IMG/VR virus record: IMGVR_UViG_3300046778_000343 | Coordinates: 1-34,773 of that record | DNA from: a virus | Taxonomy: Duplodnaviria; Caudoviricetes | Strand: one strand, 5' to 3' | DNA length: 34,773 nucleotides | Shown: positions 9,344 to 18,589 of the stretch, one piece after another | Layout: each line of letters begins with the position of its first letter | How positions within the stretch are numbered: position 1 is the stretch's first letter | Program-made: the position numbers and the translations under genes | Notes under the pieces: generated by a model | Database searches by the model: none | What the model was told of the DNA's origin: nothing | The model's input: only the letters and a program-made list of their open reading frames with translations

Positions 9344-10321
9344 CTACAAAGCAGTATGCGACTGTGCTTTATTACCGATGGTTATTTGCTGTCTGATACC
9401 CTCCTTTGAAAAGTCTTTTACCACTTTGTCTATATAGTAGGTACCATTCATGTTTTTATAGAATAAGCTGTTGAGCGAAATCTTCATGCCTTGAGTCGCC
9501 CTCGGAATGCCGAATAATGTAATGGTGCCGTCAAAACCTTTTGTCTTTTGTAATTCGATTATCCGTTTAGCTCGGACCTCAATTTCGGATTGTGTCAAAT
9601 ACGGCCAGTTCCTTATTTGGGTAGTACCGTTTTTATCTCCAATCTCGAATGTGATATACTTGCCATTCCGTTGCAACGATTTAAATTTTACAAGTATCTT
9701 TTCATCGGCCTTGCTCTTTTTATTCAAATTTTCACTCACTGCGTTTCTTTCAAGTAATACCTTGATTGTGTCGCCTCCTTGTGAATTACCATCAACCGAA
9801 TGCAATACTTTGCCCACGAAATAAGTATAGATGCCAAGCTCTTTCTTTAGATTTTCAAGAATCTCAACGGGTGCCACATTCGTATATCTCACCGTTCCGA
9901 GGGGCACATCCGGGCATTCAACCTCATAACCCGGCGCAATTTCTTTTAGCAGGTCTTTTAATGTGATACCCTTTTTGCTTATCGTTACCGCACCGCGTTT
10001 CAACTTAAACATTTCGTCCTCACATTTTATGCGATACGGCACACCATCGGCAACGTCTGATATATAGCCCTCAAACTCGGTTGGGATCTCACCCACACCA
10101 TATCCGAATTTGATTGTCACGGGGTCGCCCAGTTCAAAGAGTTTGTCCGCCTCGATGCGGTCAAAATCCCGCACATTCCTCGGCAGCACAATTTCAGCCG
10201 TACCCGTAAATTCTTGCCAACTTTTTTCGACATGAATTTCCGATACCCGCCGCATACTAAAACCAATACGTCCGCGCGATTCATGGAATATTATTTCGGC
10301 TGCCATTATCAAAGCACTCAT
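9344..10321 (-). CDS. Baseplate hub protein (gpD/gp44-like)
   Basis: GD.V.IKFGY, EFEGYI, CEDEMFKLK, G.ITLFGIP, G.YYIDKV motifs. Confidence 0.8.
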   Translation of the reverse strand: MSALIMAAEIIFHESRGRIGFSMRRVSEIHVEKSWQEFTGTAEIVLPRNVRDFDRIEADKLFELGDPVTIKFGYGVGEIPTEFEGYISDVADGVPYRIKCEDEMFKLKRGAVTISKKGITLKDLLKEIAPGYEVECPDVPLGTVRYTNVAPVEILENLKKELGIYTYFVGKVLHSVDGNSQGGDTIKVLLERNAVSENLNKKSKADEKILVKFKSLQRNGKYITFEIGDKNGTTQIRNWPYLTQSEIEVRAKRIIELQKTKGFDGTITLFGIPRATQGMKISLNSLFYKNMNGTYYIDKVVKDFSKEGIRQQITIGNKAQSHTAL

Positions 10322-10974
10322 TGCAAATACAATTCAATCGGTTCATCACTCACTAGTTCAATTTGAAAGGGTATAGCATTCCAGCGGCCAACAATAGGCT
10401 GAACCGATATCGAATTTATCACCACACTATAAATACCTTTGCCTCCGAAAATTGAGCCTTGTATCCCTATGGTATCGCAAACCTCCGCCCATCTGCATAA
10501 TGTCTCTATTTGCTCACGTGCGGTTGTACCCGTACCATTTCGGTTTTCAATGGCAATACCTCTTATTGTTATATCCCAATCTCCAAGGCCGTACAGTTCT
10601 TTCACGGTACCCACACCTCCCAACACTTCCGTTTTTGTGATGTTTTTGGTACGGTTAAACTCAGCAATACATGAATAGGGCAATGTGTAATCTCCAAAGC
10701 GGCTTTTTCTTATGCTTCCGTCTTTTCGTTCATACATATTGTACTCGCCACCCTCAAATAACATTGTGCCAAATACGGGTGTGCCAAATTCGGATGTATC
10801 GTCTTTCTCATCCCTTTCTTGCAATAATTGCAAATTCGGGTATTCGTCCGCTTCATAAGGCACATTTTTGCCCCATGGAATATAAATCGGCATGTTTATA
10901 CCGAATATGCTGCGGATAGCATCCGCAACGAATAAGCCCTTATTTCTATCTACTGCATCCATATAATTATCCAA
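10318..10974 (-). CDS. Tail tube initiator-like protein (DUF6046-like)
   Basis: KNITKT...GTVKELY...DWDITIRG and terminal SDEP; follows tape measure. Confidence 0.7.
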   Translation of the reverse strand: MDNYMDAVDRNKGLFVADAIRSIFGINMPIYIPWGKNVPYEADEYPNLQLLQERDEKDDTSEFGTPVFGTMLFEGGEYNMYERKDGSIRKSRFGDYTLPYSCIAEFNRTKNITKTEVLGGVGTVKELYGLGDWDITIRGIAIENRNGTGTTAREQIETLCRWAEVCDTIGIQGSIFGGKGIYSVVINSISVQPIVGRWNAIPFQIELVSDEPIELYLQ

Positions 10975-12910
10975 CTACCGCTAAACTATCCGACAATCGG
11001 TTATTTATCTCACTGGCCACCGCTTCCGCCATTTCTTTAGTACCCTTAAATCCGTTGAAATTGTTAGTAATATTCATTACAATGCTTTTACCACTACCAC
11101 CGCCTGCACCTCCCAATTTCACACCGTCTTTATCTCCTTTGCCACCTTTTCCACCCTTACCACCGCCAACGATAGTCGAACCTGTCGGCGTTGCTCCTCC
11201 ATTCTGAAAGGTTGCCAATGGTCCTTGTGCCGATACGGGGTCATCACTGGGTTTATCTGATTCGGGGTCTTTGAGATCAAAACCTTTTCGTAATTCTGCA
11301 ATTTGCTCGGCACCCATCGTTGCATATTTCCCAATACCCGGAATACTGCTTAATATTTCTAATAATTGTTGTACCGGGTAAAGGATAGTATCAAGCAAAA
11401 CAATACCGATGCGTTTGATTGCTCCAATAATACCGTCCGATTCAAAAGCCTCTACCACACTATCCCAATTGCGTTTGAGTGCCATTATCGCATTAATGAC
11501 CCATCCAATCGGTCCCATCAGCATGAGGAGCGATGCCCCAAAATCTTCATAATAGACAATTGCCGTTGTTATTATCGCTATCAATGCCGCAATGCCCGTA
11601 ATGATAAGTCCAATCGGGTTTGAAGCCATGGCAATATTAAAAAGCCATTGTGCGGCGGTCTGTATCCTTGTTACAATTGACAGAGAGCGAATAAAACCAA
11701 TCAATTGTTGCATCCCAACCACGGCAGCCGCCATGTTTGCAATGGTAAATGCCACCGTGCCAAGTCCACTTATAAAAGGGGTCAGACTGCCTGCCACATC
11801 AAAGAACCCGATTTTGAGATTGTCGAGCCATGCACTCATGCGCCCCATTTTTTCGGCTTGGCTATCCATGATAATATTTGCACTTTCGGTTGCCGCATTG
11901 GTGTCGGTTATCTTTTCGGTCATTTCCTCTTGTGCATCTATACTGTTAAGTAGTATATTGGCTGCAGCATCATTTTCGATACCGAATATTTGAGCGATAA
12001 GAGTTGCATCTCCTTGTGCTTTCTTCAATTCTCGCAAACGTTCTGTAAATGGGCGGGTCTTATCCGAAACAATATCATAATCAATGCCCAGTTGTTTCAA
12101 TTTTTCTTGTGCCCGCCGTGGTATGATGTCTATTCCTCCCATCTTGCCCAGCACATTACGCAACGATACACCCGCTTCGGCACCCACTCGCCCCCCTTGG
12201 GCAAGTGCCTGCAATGCCGAGTTTGTTTCCTCAAAGGTTACATTTGCATTCTTGGCCGCCACACCTGCATTTTTCAAAGCCTCACCTGTGTCGCCAACCT
12301 CCGATGCACCCACGTTACCTGCCGCTGCCATAACGTGCATCATACGTGCCATTTCACTAGCTGCCACTTGTGGATTATTGATATCAACCCCAAATTGGAG
12401 CATGGCGGTTGTCAAAGCATCCATTGCACCCACGGCATCGTTTTTCATCAACTTGCTCAATGTAGCCACTGAATCACCCATTGACGACATGGCGTTGTTA
12501 TCTTCAGCGATTGCAGGTCCGAATCTTGCAATGATTGCCCCGAAACTTTCCAATTGAGCCGAGGCATTGCCCCCAAAATCTTCAGCCAAATCACGTGCGC
12601 TCGCCCCTAGCTTGCTCATTTCCTCGTCTGTCATTTGGGTTATAGCTTGCACTTCTTTCAGTTGCACCTCGAATGCCATGCCCGGAGCCATTAAGTTTTC
12701 AAATTGTTGGGTCAAATCTCGGATAGCATCCGCCGAGGCTTTCAAGTCCATTGCGGACAGCTTTTTAATCTCTTTGTCCGCATTATTTGCGGCATCACTA
12801 ATCCCGTCGATAGCATCCGCCGCCTCATTGGCCGAATCCGTCACATCATCAACTGGTGATGATATTTCGTCAATAAACCTCGCTATCCATTCCGTTACTA
12901 TTGATGCCAT
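10967..12910 (-). CDS. Tail tape measure protein
   Basis: 647 aa, Ala-rich helical, TP901-type core (GAEAGVSLRNVL, IFG.E), NPIGLII hydrophobic segments. Confidence 0.92.
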   Translation of the reverse strand: MASIVTEWIARFIDEISSPVDDVTDSANEAADAIDGISDAANNADKEIKKLSAMDLKASADAIRDLTQQFENLMAPGMAFEVQLKEVQAITQMTDEEMSKLGASARDLAEDFGGNASAQLESFGAIIARFGPAIAEDNNAMSSMGDSVATLSKLMKNDAVGAMDALTTAMLQFGVDINNPQVAASEMARMMHVMAAAGNVGASEVGDTGEALKNAGVAAKNANVTFEETNSALQALAQGGRVGAEAGVSLRNVLGKMGGIDIIPRRAQEKLKQLGIDYDIVSDKTRPFTERLRELKKAQGDATLIAQIFGIENDAAANILLNSIDAQEEMTEKITDTNAATESANIIMDSQAEKMGRMSAWLDNLKIGFFDVAGSLTPFISGLGTVAFTIANMAAAVVGMQQLIGFIRSLSIVTRIQTAAQWLFNIAMASNPIGLIITGIAALIAIITTAIVYYEDFGASLLMLMGPIGWVINAIMALKRNWDSVVEAFESDGIIGAIKRIGIVLLDTILYPVQQLLEILSSIPGIGKYATMGAEQIAELRKGFDLKDPESDKPSDDPVSAQGPLATFQNGGATPTGSTIVGGGKGGKGGKGDKDGVKLGGAGGGSGKSIVMNITNNFNGFKGTKEMAEAVASEINNRLSDSLAVVG

Positions 12911-13136
12911 CGAAAATAATTTTTGCCGCTTCTAAAACTGCCGTTGTTGTGGCGGCGATTGCTATCTTTTTGTCAATTTCTTTGATGAGTTTATATTTTG
13001 CATAGTAGCCACACCACTGGTCATCGTCCAATTCTTTGGGGTCTATCCCGAAAGTATTTTGTATAACTACATCTATTTGCTTTATCTGGTCTTTTTCTAA
13101 TTCAGCATAGGCCGCCTCTATGCTTTCGTTAAAAAA
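12870..13136 (-). CDS. -1 frameshift extension of tail assembly chaperone (gpGT-like; fusion 13588-12870, ~239 aa)
   Basis: -1 frame open from the slip site (13136-13130) to TGA at 12870: NESIEAAYAELEKDQIKQIDVVIQNTFGIDPKELDDDQWCGYYAKY...; no start codon near its 5' end; stem AGCATAG/CTATGCT 5 nt downstream of the slip site. Confidence 0.85.
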   Translation of the reverse strand, partial: FFNESIEAAYAELEKDQIKQIDVVIQNTFGIDPKELDDDQWCGYYAKYKLIKEIDKKIAIAATTTAVLEAAKIIFDGINSNGMDSEVY

Positions 13137-13588
13137 CTTTGACCCTGCTTGACTATTCCTCCCAATTCTTTCAATACACGGGCAAATACAATCCCATCAT
13201 CCAAGGCCTCCAAATCGCCACCGACCACCATGTTTTTAATTATAATATCATTGGCCTTTGTTAAATTATCTTTATTGGCTGCTATTGCGGATATTGTGGC
13301 ACGACTGGGGCGACAGACGGCAAACTGGTATTTTTCGCTTTCGTCAATAACGACATCCAGCACATATAATTTACCATGTTTGGCCTGCAATGCTTCAAAG
13401 TCGGCTTTCGGCATTTTTAGATTGTCAAAATTGAATGTTGCGACTAATGGGAGGGTCGCTACCATACCCATACCTGCCGTTTGTATATTCGTGGTATCAG
13501 CCCCTATGTCTATGCCACAAAAGCCCACGGCTACACATATTATTGCCACGAGGGCGAGAACGATTTTAAAGATGTTACTTGGTTTCAT
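13118..13588 (-). CDS. Tail assembly chaperone (gpG-like)
   Basis: Between tube and tape measure; KHG..Y and CRPSR motifs; ends at slippery T TTT TTA. Confidence 0.8.
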   Translation of the reverse strand: MKPSNIFKIVLALVAIICVAVGFCGIDIGADTTNIQTAGMGMVATLPLVATFNFDNLKMPKADFEALQAKHGKLYVLDVVIDESEKYQFAVCRPSRATISAIAANKDNLTKANDIIIKNMVVGGDLEALDDGIVFARVLKELGGIVKQGQSFLTKA

Positions 13589-13622
13589 TTTTTACTTGTT
13601 ATTTTATTTTTACTGATTGATT

Positions 13623-14060
13623 TTATAGTATGTTCCAGTCAATGTGCGAAACGATAAGCTCAAATTTGGTTGCAATAGACTTATCATTTTGTTTCACCTC
13701 CACACTGCGCCCCGTAAACTCACAATTGCGGATTCGGTCTTTATAGATTGCCGTTAGATATTCATAGCTTACTGCAATATCAAAAGGTCCAATATCTGTC
13801 AGACGTTTGCCCGGACCTAACGACAATTGAATTGCGTCTACCTCCTCTTTTAAGAGGGTAATTGAACATTTCGCATCATAATTACCCTCACCACGCCCAA
13901 TTGCAAATTTGCCCGCACCTCGGATATTTTCCTTTTCTACCGAATCATCATAAGACACTTCGGAGATACCCTCCACATCACGCCCCATCATAGACACGGT
14001 TACACTGTTCCAACCTGCGACTTTTCCGAATTTGTTTATTAATAATGTTGATATTGCCAT
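13623..14060 (-). CDS. Tail tube protein
   Basis: ATG 14060 (MAISTLL); G.GKFAIGRG.GNY and FDIAVSY motifs; follows sheath. Confidence 0.85.
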   Translation of the reverse strand: MAISTLLINKFGKVAGWNSVTVSMMGRDVEGISEVSYDDSVEKENIRGAGKFAIGRGEGNYDAKCSITLLKEEVDAIQLSLGPGKRLTDIGPFDIAVSYEYLTAIYKDRIRNCEFTGRSVEVKQNDKSIATKFELIVSHIDWNIL

Positions 14061-14073
14061 TGTATTTTTACTT

Positions 14074-15297
14074 TTAAATTGATTTAGTAAAGCCCAGGTC
14101 AACCTCAAATTCATGCACCACGCCATCGGCCACAAATTGGGCTTTGATGTTGAATGGCTTTGTGGATACGGCCGCTTGTTTCGGATCTATGTAGATGTCG
14201 AATGCAGCCACATTGCCCGCCGTTACCATCGGTTCCAAATTCTTGCGTACTCGTCCGTCCCAATCAGTGATAGTGGTATGTTTGATAAACCCAGTTGTTG
14301 GGTCAGCCTCTACCTTGGAACGAATGCGAGGTATCAATGTATTTCGGATGATGCGAGCCCCTTTGTTCCAAATTGCATTGCGCTCGATGAAACAATAGTC
14401 ATTACCGCTTTCCGTACATGTATGAGAGTTTGAAAAGAAATAACCGCCATAGCCAGAGAATGCACCGACATAATTGTAGCCCAGTTCATCCAATTTCTTT
14501 TGGTCGGCACCCGATAGTGTGTCAAATGCACGGCCGTTGCTCAATGTTGCTGACAACCACCTCCCTAGTTTTGTGTCTGTCAAAGTATAATCTTGTTCGG
14601 CTTTGCGGGCACGCGGTTTTATTTCGATATCAACCGACCCCAAATTTTCGTGAATGGCACGTACCATTAGCATACCCATTGCGCTACCTACGGCCGCATG
14701 TTCCTTATATGCTTCATCCAGTGCGGCAATGGCAGGGTCTTGCCCCCATACAACCGATACATTTTCACTGTCAAGGGTTCGCAAATCTGTAAAATCCACA
14801 ATGTTTTCTTTCAGATATGCCCCTTTGCCCTCCAATGCCACGGCGTCAATGTAGATGTAATCTTTTGCGAGATTATCAACCAACAATTGCATGCCTTGCA
14901 CTGCCACATCAATGGTCGCATCATCTGTCAGACCTGCAACTCCTATTGTATTGATGCCATTGATTGAGCGTAAAGCCGAAACAAATTCTTCTAAGTTTTT
15001 CAACTCACTAACTTTAGTCGCTTTGGGTACCACAATAAGGTGCATACGAGTTTCGGGCGATAAGCGAAAAATCTCGGATAAATGATAGTAGGATAGTTCC
15101 TTATTCTCTTTATCCGTTTCGGCTGTAATTCCTCTAACCTCGGCATCTTCTATTTGCAAAAGCTCATAGGCTTTATTCAATTCTAGTTTGTCCGGGATAG
15201 CGGCACCACCCACCACGAGAACCGCGACACGGTCGGAGGTTTCACCCCCACCGAGTCCGCCATTCATCTTATTTATATGTGCGCCTATAAAAGTCAT
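14074..15297 (-). CDS. Tail sheath protein (DUF2586-like)
   Basis: 407 aa; GYGGYFFSNSHTC...DY.FIERN..WNK..R pattern; precedes tube. Confidence 0.85.
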   Translation of the reverse strand: MTFIGAHINKMNGGLGGGETSDRVAVLVVGGAAIPDKLELNKAYELLQIEDAEVRGITAETDKENKELSYYHLSEIFRLSPETRMHLIVVPKATKVSELKNLEEFVSALRSINGINTIGVAGLTDDATIDVAVQGMQLLVDNLAKDYIYIDAVALEGKGAYLKENIVDFTDLRTLDSENVSVVWGQDPAIAALDEAYKEHAAVGSAMGMLMVRAIHENLGSVDIEIKPRARKAEQDYTLTDTKLGRWLSATLSNGRAFDTLSGADQKKLDELGYNYVGAFSGYGGYFFSNSHTCTESGNDYCFIERNAIWNKGARIIRNTLIPRIRSKVEADPTTGFIKHTTITDWDGRVRKNLEPMVTAGNVAAFDIYIDPKQAAVSTKPFNIKAQFVADGVVHEFEVDLGFTKSI

Positions 15298-15824
15298 TGT
15301 TTTTCAGATTTTTCAGCCGCTTTAAGTTTGCCCTCCAATTCTTTGATTTTGGATTCCATCCCAACGACTTTAGTTTCTAATCCCTTTGCCTTATTCTCAG
15401 CATTTTTAATTGTGGATTCTTGCTCCTTGGTTTTAGTTTCAAGTTCCTTAACCTTTGCCTCTGATACTGATAGCTTTTCGGCGGTCTCTTTTTCTTTTGT
15501 TTCCGCCGTTTTCAACTTGCCCTCAAATTCATCGGCTTTAGCCGTTGCGTCTTTTAGTTTCGTTTCCAGTTCTTTAGCTTGGGCAAGTTCTTTTTGTCCC
15601 TTGGCTTTGTCAGCTTCGGTTTTTTCAAGACTTTTTTCATTTTTGCCGTTCTCTTTGGCTTCTCTCTTAAAAGTCTCAACGTCCAAGTCTTTAGAGGCAG
15701 CATGATTTTTGGCGTATGCTTCTTCTATGAATGGTTGCCCATCGGTTGTAAAATACACCTTGCCAACTCTCGGATTACGTTTGAAAAAGTCGTTTGCTAA
15801 TTCTTGTAATTTCTCTTTTTCCAT
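15294..15824 (-). CDS. Virion-associated protein with Lys/Glu-rich coiled-coil tail
   Basis: Small N-terminal domain (YFTTDGQPF...AKNHA) plus repeated KELE.KLK.AE units; between capsid and sheath. Confidence 0.7.
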   Translation of the reverse strand: MEKEKLQELANDFFKRNPRVGKVYFTTDGQPFIEEAYAKNHAASKDLDVETFKREAKENGKNEKSLEKTEADKAKGQKELAQAKELETKLKDATAKADEFEGKLKTAETKEKETAEKLSVSEAKVKELETKTKEQESTIKNAENKAKGLETKVVGMESKIKELEGKLKAAEKSEKQ

Positions 15825-15849
15825 AACTTAAATTTGTTTTAAACGGGAT

Positions 15850-16776
15850 TTAAACGTTAGCCGAAACGATTGCCCCAAATCCATAATCAACAACACGGTC
15901 AACCAAACCATAAGTTTGTGTTCTAAACTCCGATGTCGGGTCAGCATTGCGCGTGTCCTCATGTTCATCTTTGTATAGAATTTTCACTTTTTCCAAATGT
16001 TTCACCGAGTTAGGTGCATAGAAAAAGACCGATGCTTTTTGGTCAGTAGCCACAAGTACGGCACCAAGTGGTTTTTTAGTTCCAGTGGCATCAAATGCTG
16101 GGGTATCATTGTTTTCAAAAAACTTGAATCCCATTACACTGCGAACCTTACCCGTTGCCGTATCAAAGAATATCTCTTTGTTAGAAAAATAGTTTGCCGA
16201 ATCTCTGTCAAGGATTAAATCCGTTGAATGTTCTGGGCACAAAACCATGTACAAACTATTCATGTTTGGCAAGTTGAGTTTTTTAACTATTTCAAGATAT
16301 GTTACCAAATCTTTGAAAGTGAGCCTTTTTCTTCCGTTGCCATCATCGGCACCCGTGGTGCGCATTACTGGCATATCGGGGTTCGTTGTATCACTCGGGC
16401 ATAGTTTGTGCAAAATGTGGTTACGATAACCGATTTTGAACGATTCGGTGTGTTTGATACGAACCTCGGCACGTTTGTCATAAGGCAAAGCGCGTATTTC
16501 GGCATCATCAACCTCGGTCGGCGTGGTATCATATTTTTCCCATTCCACAAATACTTTCTCACCATTCATTTTTTGAGGTGTGAACCCTGCCGTGTTGTTT
16601 ACCAAAAAGCCAACATTGTTAATCAGCTTATTGAATCGGAGGCCGTCAGCGGATACCGCTTTTGTAGGTGCGCCCGGGATAACTCCAACGAAATCATCAT
16701 TGAAGTTTCTAAATTCTTGTAGAAGTTGTGGTCCTACATATTGGGTCAAATGTTGACCCGGAGTGAGTTTCGCCAT
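15850..16776 (-). CDS. Major capsid protein
   Basis: 308 aa, directly after protease/scaffold; G...GFKFFE C-terminal pattern typical of HK97-fold capsids. Confidence 0.75.
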   Translation of the reverse strand: MAKLTPGQHLTQYVGPQLLQEFRNFNDDFVGVIPGAPTKAVSADGLRFNKLINNVGFLVNNTAGFTPQKMNGEKVFVEWEKYDTTPTEVDDAEIRALPYDKRAEVRIKHTESFKIGYRNHILHKLCPSDTTNPDMPVMRTTGADDGNGRKRLTFKDLVTYLEIVKKLNLPNMNSLYMVLCPEHSTDLILDRDSANYFSNKEIFFDTATGKVRSVMGFKFFENNDTPAFDATGTKKPLGAVLVATDQKASVFFYAPNSVKHLEKVKILYKDEHEDTRNADPTSEFRTQTYGLVDRVVDYGFGAIVSANV

Positions 16777-16783
16777 ATCTTTT

Positions 16784-17896
16784 TTATAATTTATTACGTT
16801 TCACATAGTCGTTGAAAAGAGCATCATACGCCGTTGGGTCGGTATTTTGAAGTTCCGCCAATGCGTCCGGGTTCTCATCTTGCAATTCCTCAAAAGTTTT
16901 GCCTTGATGGGTCACTTTGCCAGCCGATGCCGATGCACCGCCATTGCTAGGTGGTTTCACATCCAATTTTTTGACTACCTGCAATTCTTCAAGTGATGCA
17001 CTGGCCGTCTCAAAGTCTGCATTGAGCATCTTTTCCCAATTCGGGCGCATGTCAGCCGTAATGCGTTTGTCGGCAATGGCTTTATCCAATACCGCTTTTA
17101 TGTCCTTAGCCTTTTGCTCTTTTTCCTTTTGGGCAATGCTGGCCTGCAATTCGGCAAGGTCTTTTGTGGCCTTAACACCGTTTGCAATGGCTGTGTTTAC
17201 TTCCGCCTCACTTGCACTTTCGGGCAAACCGAGGGCTTTTGCTGTCGCTTTTAAATCCATTTCGTTTTCTTCTTTTTCATTAATATTTATTGTTGGAATC
17301 TTTGATGCAGGACAGCCACATGCCGAAATTAAGGCGGTTGTGTGCGCTCCTATCTTTGCTTTTTCTTTGATAGAAACTATAAAACCGTTGTCTTTAGCCT
17401 CTTGGGCTGTCATCCACCAGTCGCCAGCATTCCACTGGGTTTCGAGTATCGTGCTATCCGTTGCTTTTTCTTTGTATGTGTTAAAATATTGGCTCTCAAT
17501 ATCTCTTATCAGCTTTAAATAAGATGCTATTTCATTGGCCGTACCCCATGTGCCGCCCGCGGGTTTGTGAATCATAAACATGCCATTTTCGGGCATGGTA
17601 AACGATTCGCAAAACATAGCGATACGCGTATAGGCACTAGCCACGAGCGTACCACCATAGCCCGTAACTTTGCCCGTGAAAACTGATAAAATATTGACTA
17701 TTTCCTCCGCATCGAAACAAGAACCGCCCGGACCATTAAGATATAAATGGGCGTCTGTTATTCCTTGCTCTACAATTGCGTCTACTGTGCGACGGAATTG
17801 CTCGGAATCAGTATCCCAACCGATTGTGCCGGTTATGCGTATTAAGGCCTTTTGGCCTTGTGTCGATGCGTGTATATTGAAAGGTATTTTTTCCAT
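16784..17896 (-). CDS. ClpP-type prohead protease with C-terminal scaffold
   Basis: NGPGGS, VASA (Ser), FMIHKP (His), WMTAQEA..GF; helical scaffold starting MDLKATAKALGLPESASEAEV. Confidence 0.9.
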   Translation of the reverse strand: MEKIPFNIHASTQGQKALIRITGTIGWDTDSEQFRRTVDAIVEQGITDAHLYLNGPGGSCFDAEEIVNILSVFTGKVTGYGGTLVASAYTRIAMFCESFTMPENGMFMIHKPAGGTWGTANEIASYLKLIRDIESQYFNTYKEKATDSTILETQWNAGDWWMTAQEAKDNGFIVSIKEKAKIGAHTTALISACGCPASKIPTININEKEENEMDLKATAKALGLPESASEAEVNTAIANGVKATKDLAELQASIAQKEKEQKAKDIKAVLDKAIADKRITADMRPNWEKMLNADFETASASLEELQVVKKLDVKPPSNGGASASAGKVTHQGKTFEELQDENPDALAELQNTDPTAYDALFNDYVKRNKL

Positions 17897-17949
17897 TTAC
17901 ATAACAATTCTGTTTTCTTGTTTTTGCACACTTCGTGCTATTGTCAGTA

Positions 17950-18038
17950 CAAAGATGTCGGTTATGTAAGTGCCTGAAAAATAATGACGCAAGGCTTGCG
18001 TCAATTCTTTTTGTGGGTGTTTTTATGGTGCATCTTTG
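17950..18038. promoter_or_regulatory. Divergent late promoter pair with central palindromic operator
   Basis: CATCTTTG on minus (17957-17950) and plus (18031-18038) strands, variants of Bacteroidota TAnnTTTG; palindrome TGACGCAAG-G-CTTGCGTCA at 17985-18003. Confidence 0.75.
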
Positions 18039-18058
18039 TGTTAAAATACGGACTGATT

Positions 18059-18589
18059 ATGAGTGATTTTGAGCAAGTGGAAAAACCCGATTATGATAAA
18101 CTAAAGCGTACTGCTTATGAACTCGTTGTGGAGCAAGGCAAAACGCAAAAAGAAGCTGCATTGATATTGCGTGTCAGTGAAAAAGCTGTATCCGATTGGG
18201 CAACCGAAAATGATTTGTCATGGAAAGATTTACGAAAACTAAGGCAATCATCTACAAATACCGCTCGTGAGAATATACAACGTATAATCAGTTTGTTATC
18301 GGACAAACGGCTGAGATTGGAATATCAAATAAATGAGGCGCGCGATGCTGGAGATACAGACCTTGAATTGAGATTAAGAAAAGAGGCAAACCAGGCATCC
18401 AACGAAATGGCATATAACAACAAAGCATTGGTGGAAATCAACAAAGAAAAAGGGGTTACACTGGGGCAATATGTTGATGTATTTGATGACATATTTAGTG
18501 CCATGAGAGCATTTGACCCCGATTTATTTGAAACGACCATCAATTTTCAGAGCGTCCATTTACGCAAAAAATCCAATGAGTTAGGCTAA
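18059..18589 (+). CDS. Terminase small subunit (HTH, Mu gp27-position)
   Basis: ATG 18059; HTH GKTQKEAALILRVSEKAVSDW; stop overlaps the large-subunit start. Confidence 0.75.
   Translation: MSDFEQVEKPDYDKLKRTAYELVVEQGKTQKEAALILRVSEKAVSDWATENDLSWKDLRKLRQSSTNTARENIQRIISLLSDKRLRLEYQINEARDAGDTDLELRLRKEANQASNEMAYNNKALVEINKEKGVTLGQYVDVFDDIFSAMRAFDPDLFETTINFQSVHLRKKSNELG

Noticed and set aside
2097-15297. T6SS, tailocin or extracellular contractile injection system
   Set aside because: Capsid, protease, portal, terminase and transposase are all present, so this is a prophage.
8832-17522. Long plus-strand ORFs opposite structural genes (e.g. 8832-9437, 12084-12557, 16917-17522)
   Set aside because: Codon-register shadows of minus-strand genes, rich in Ser/Ala/Ile/Phe, with no recognisable motifs.
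17984-18058. N-terminal extensions in the ORF track (17984; also 818, 7754, 14135, 28998, 33777)
   Set aside because: They run through promoters, RNA structures or upstream genes; downstream ATGs with A-rich leaders or ATGA coupling fit better.
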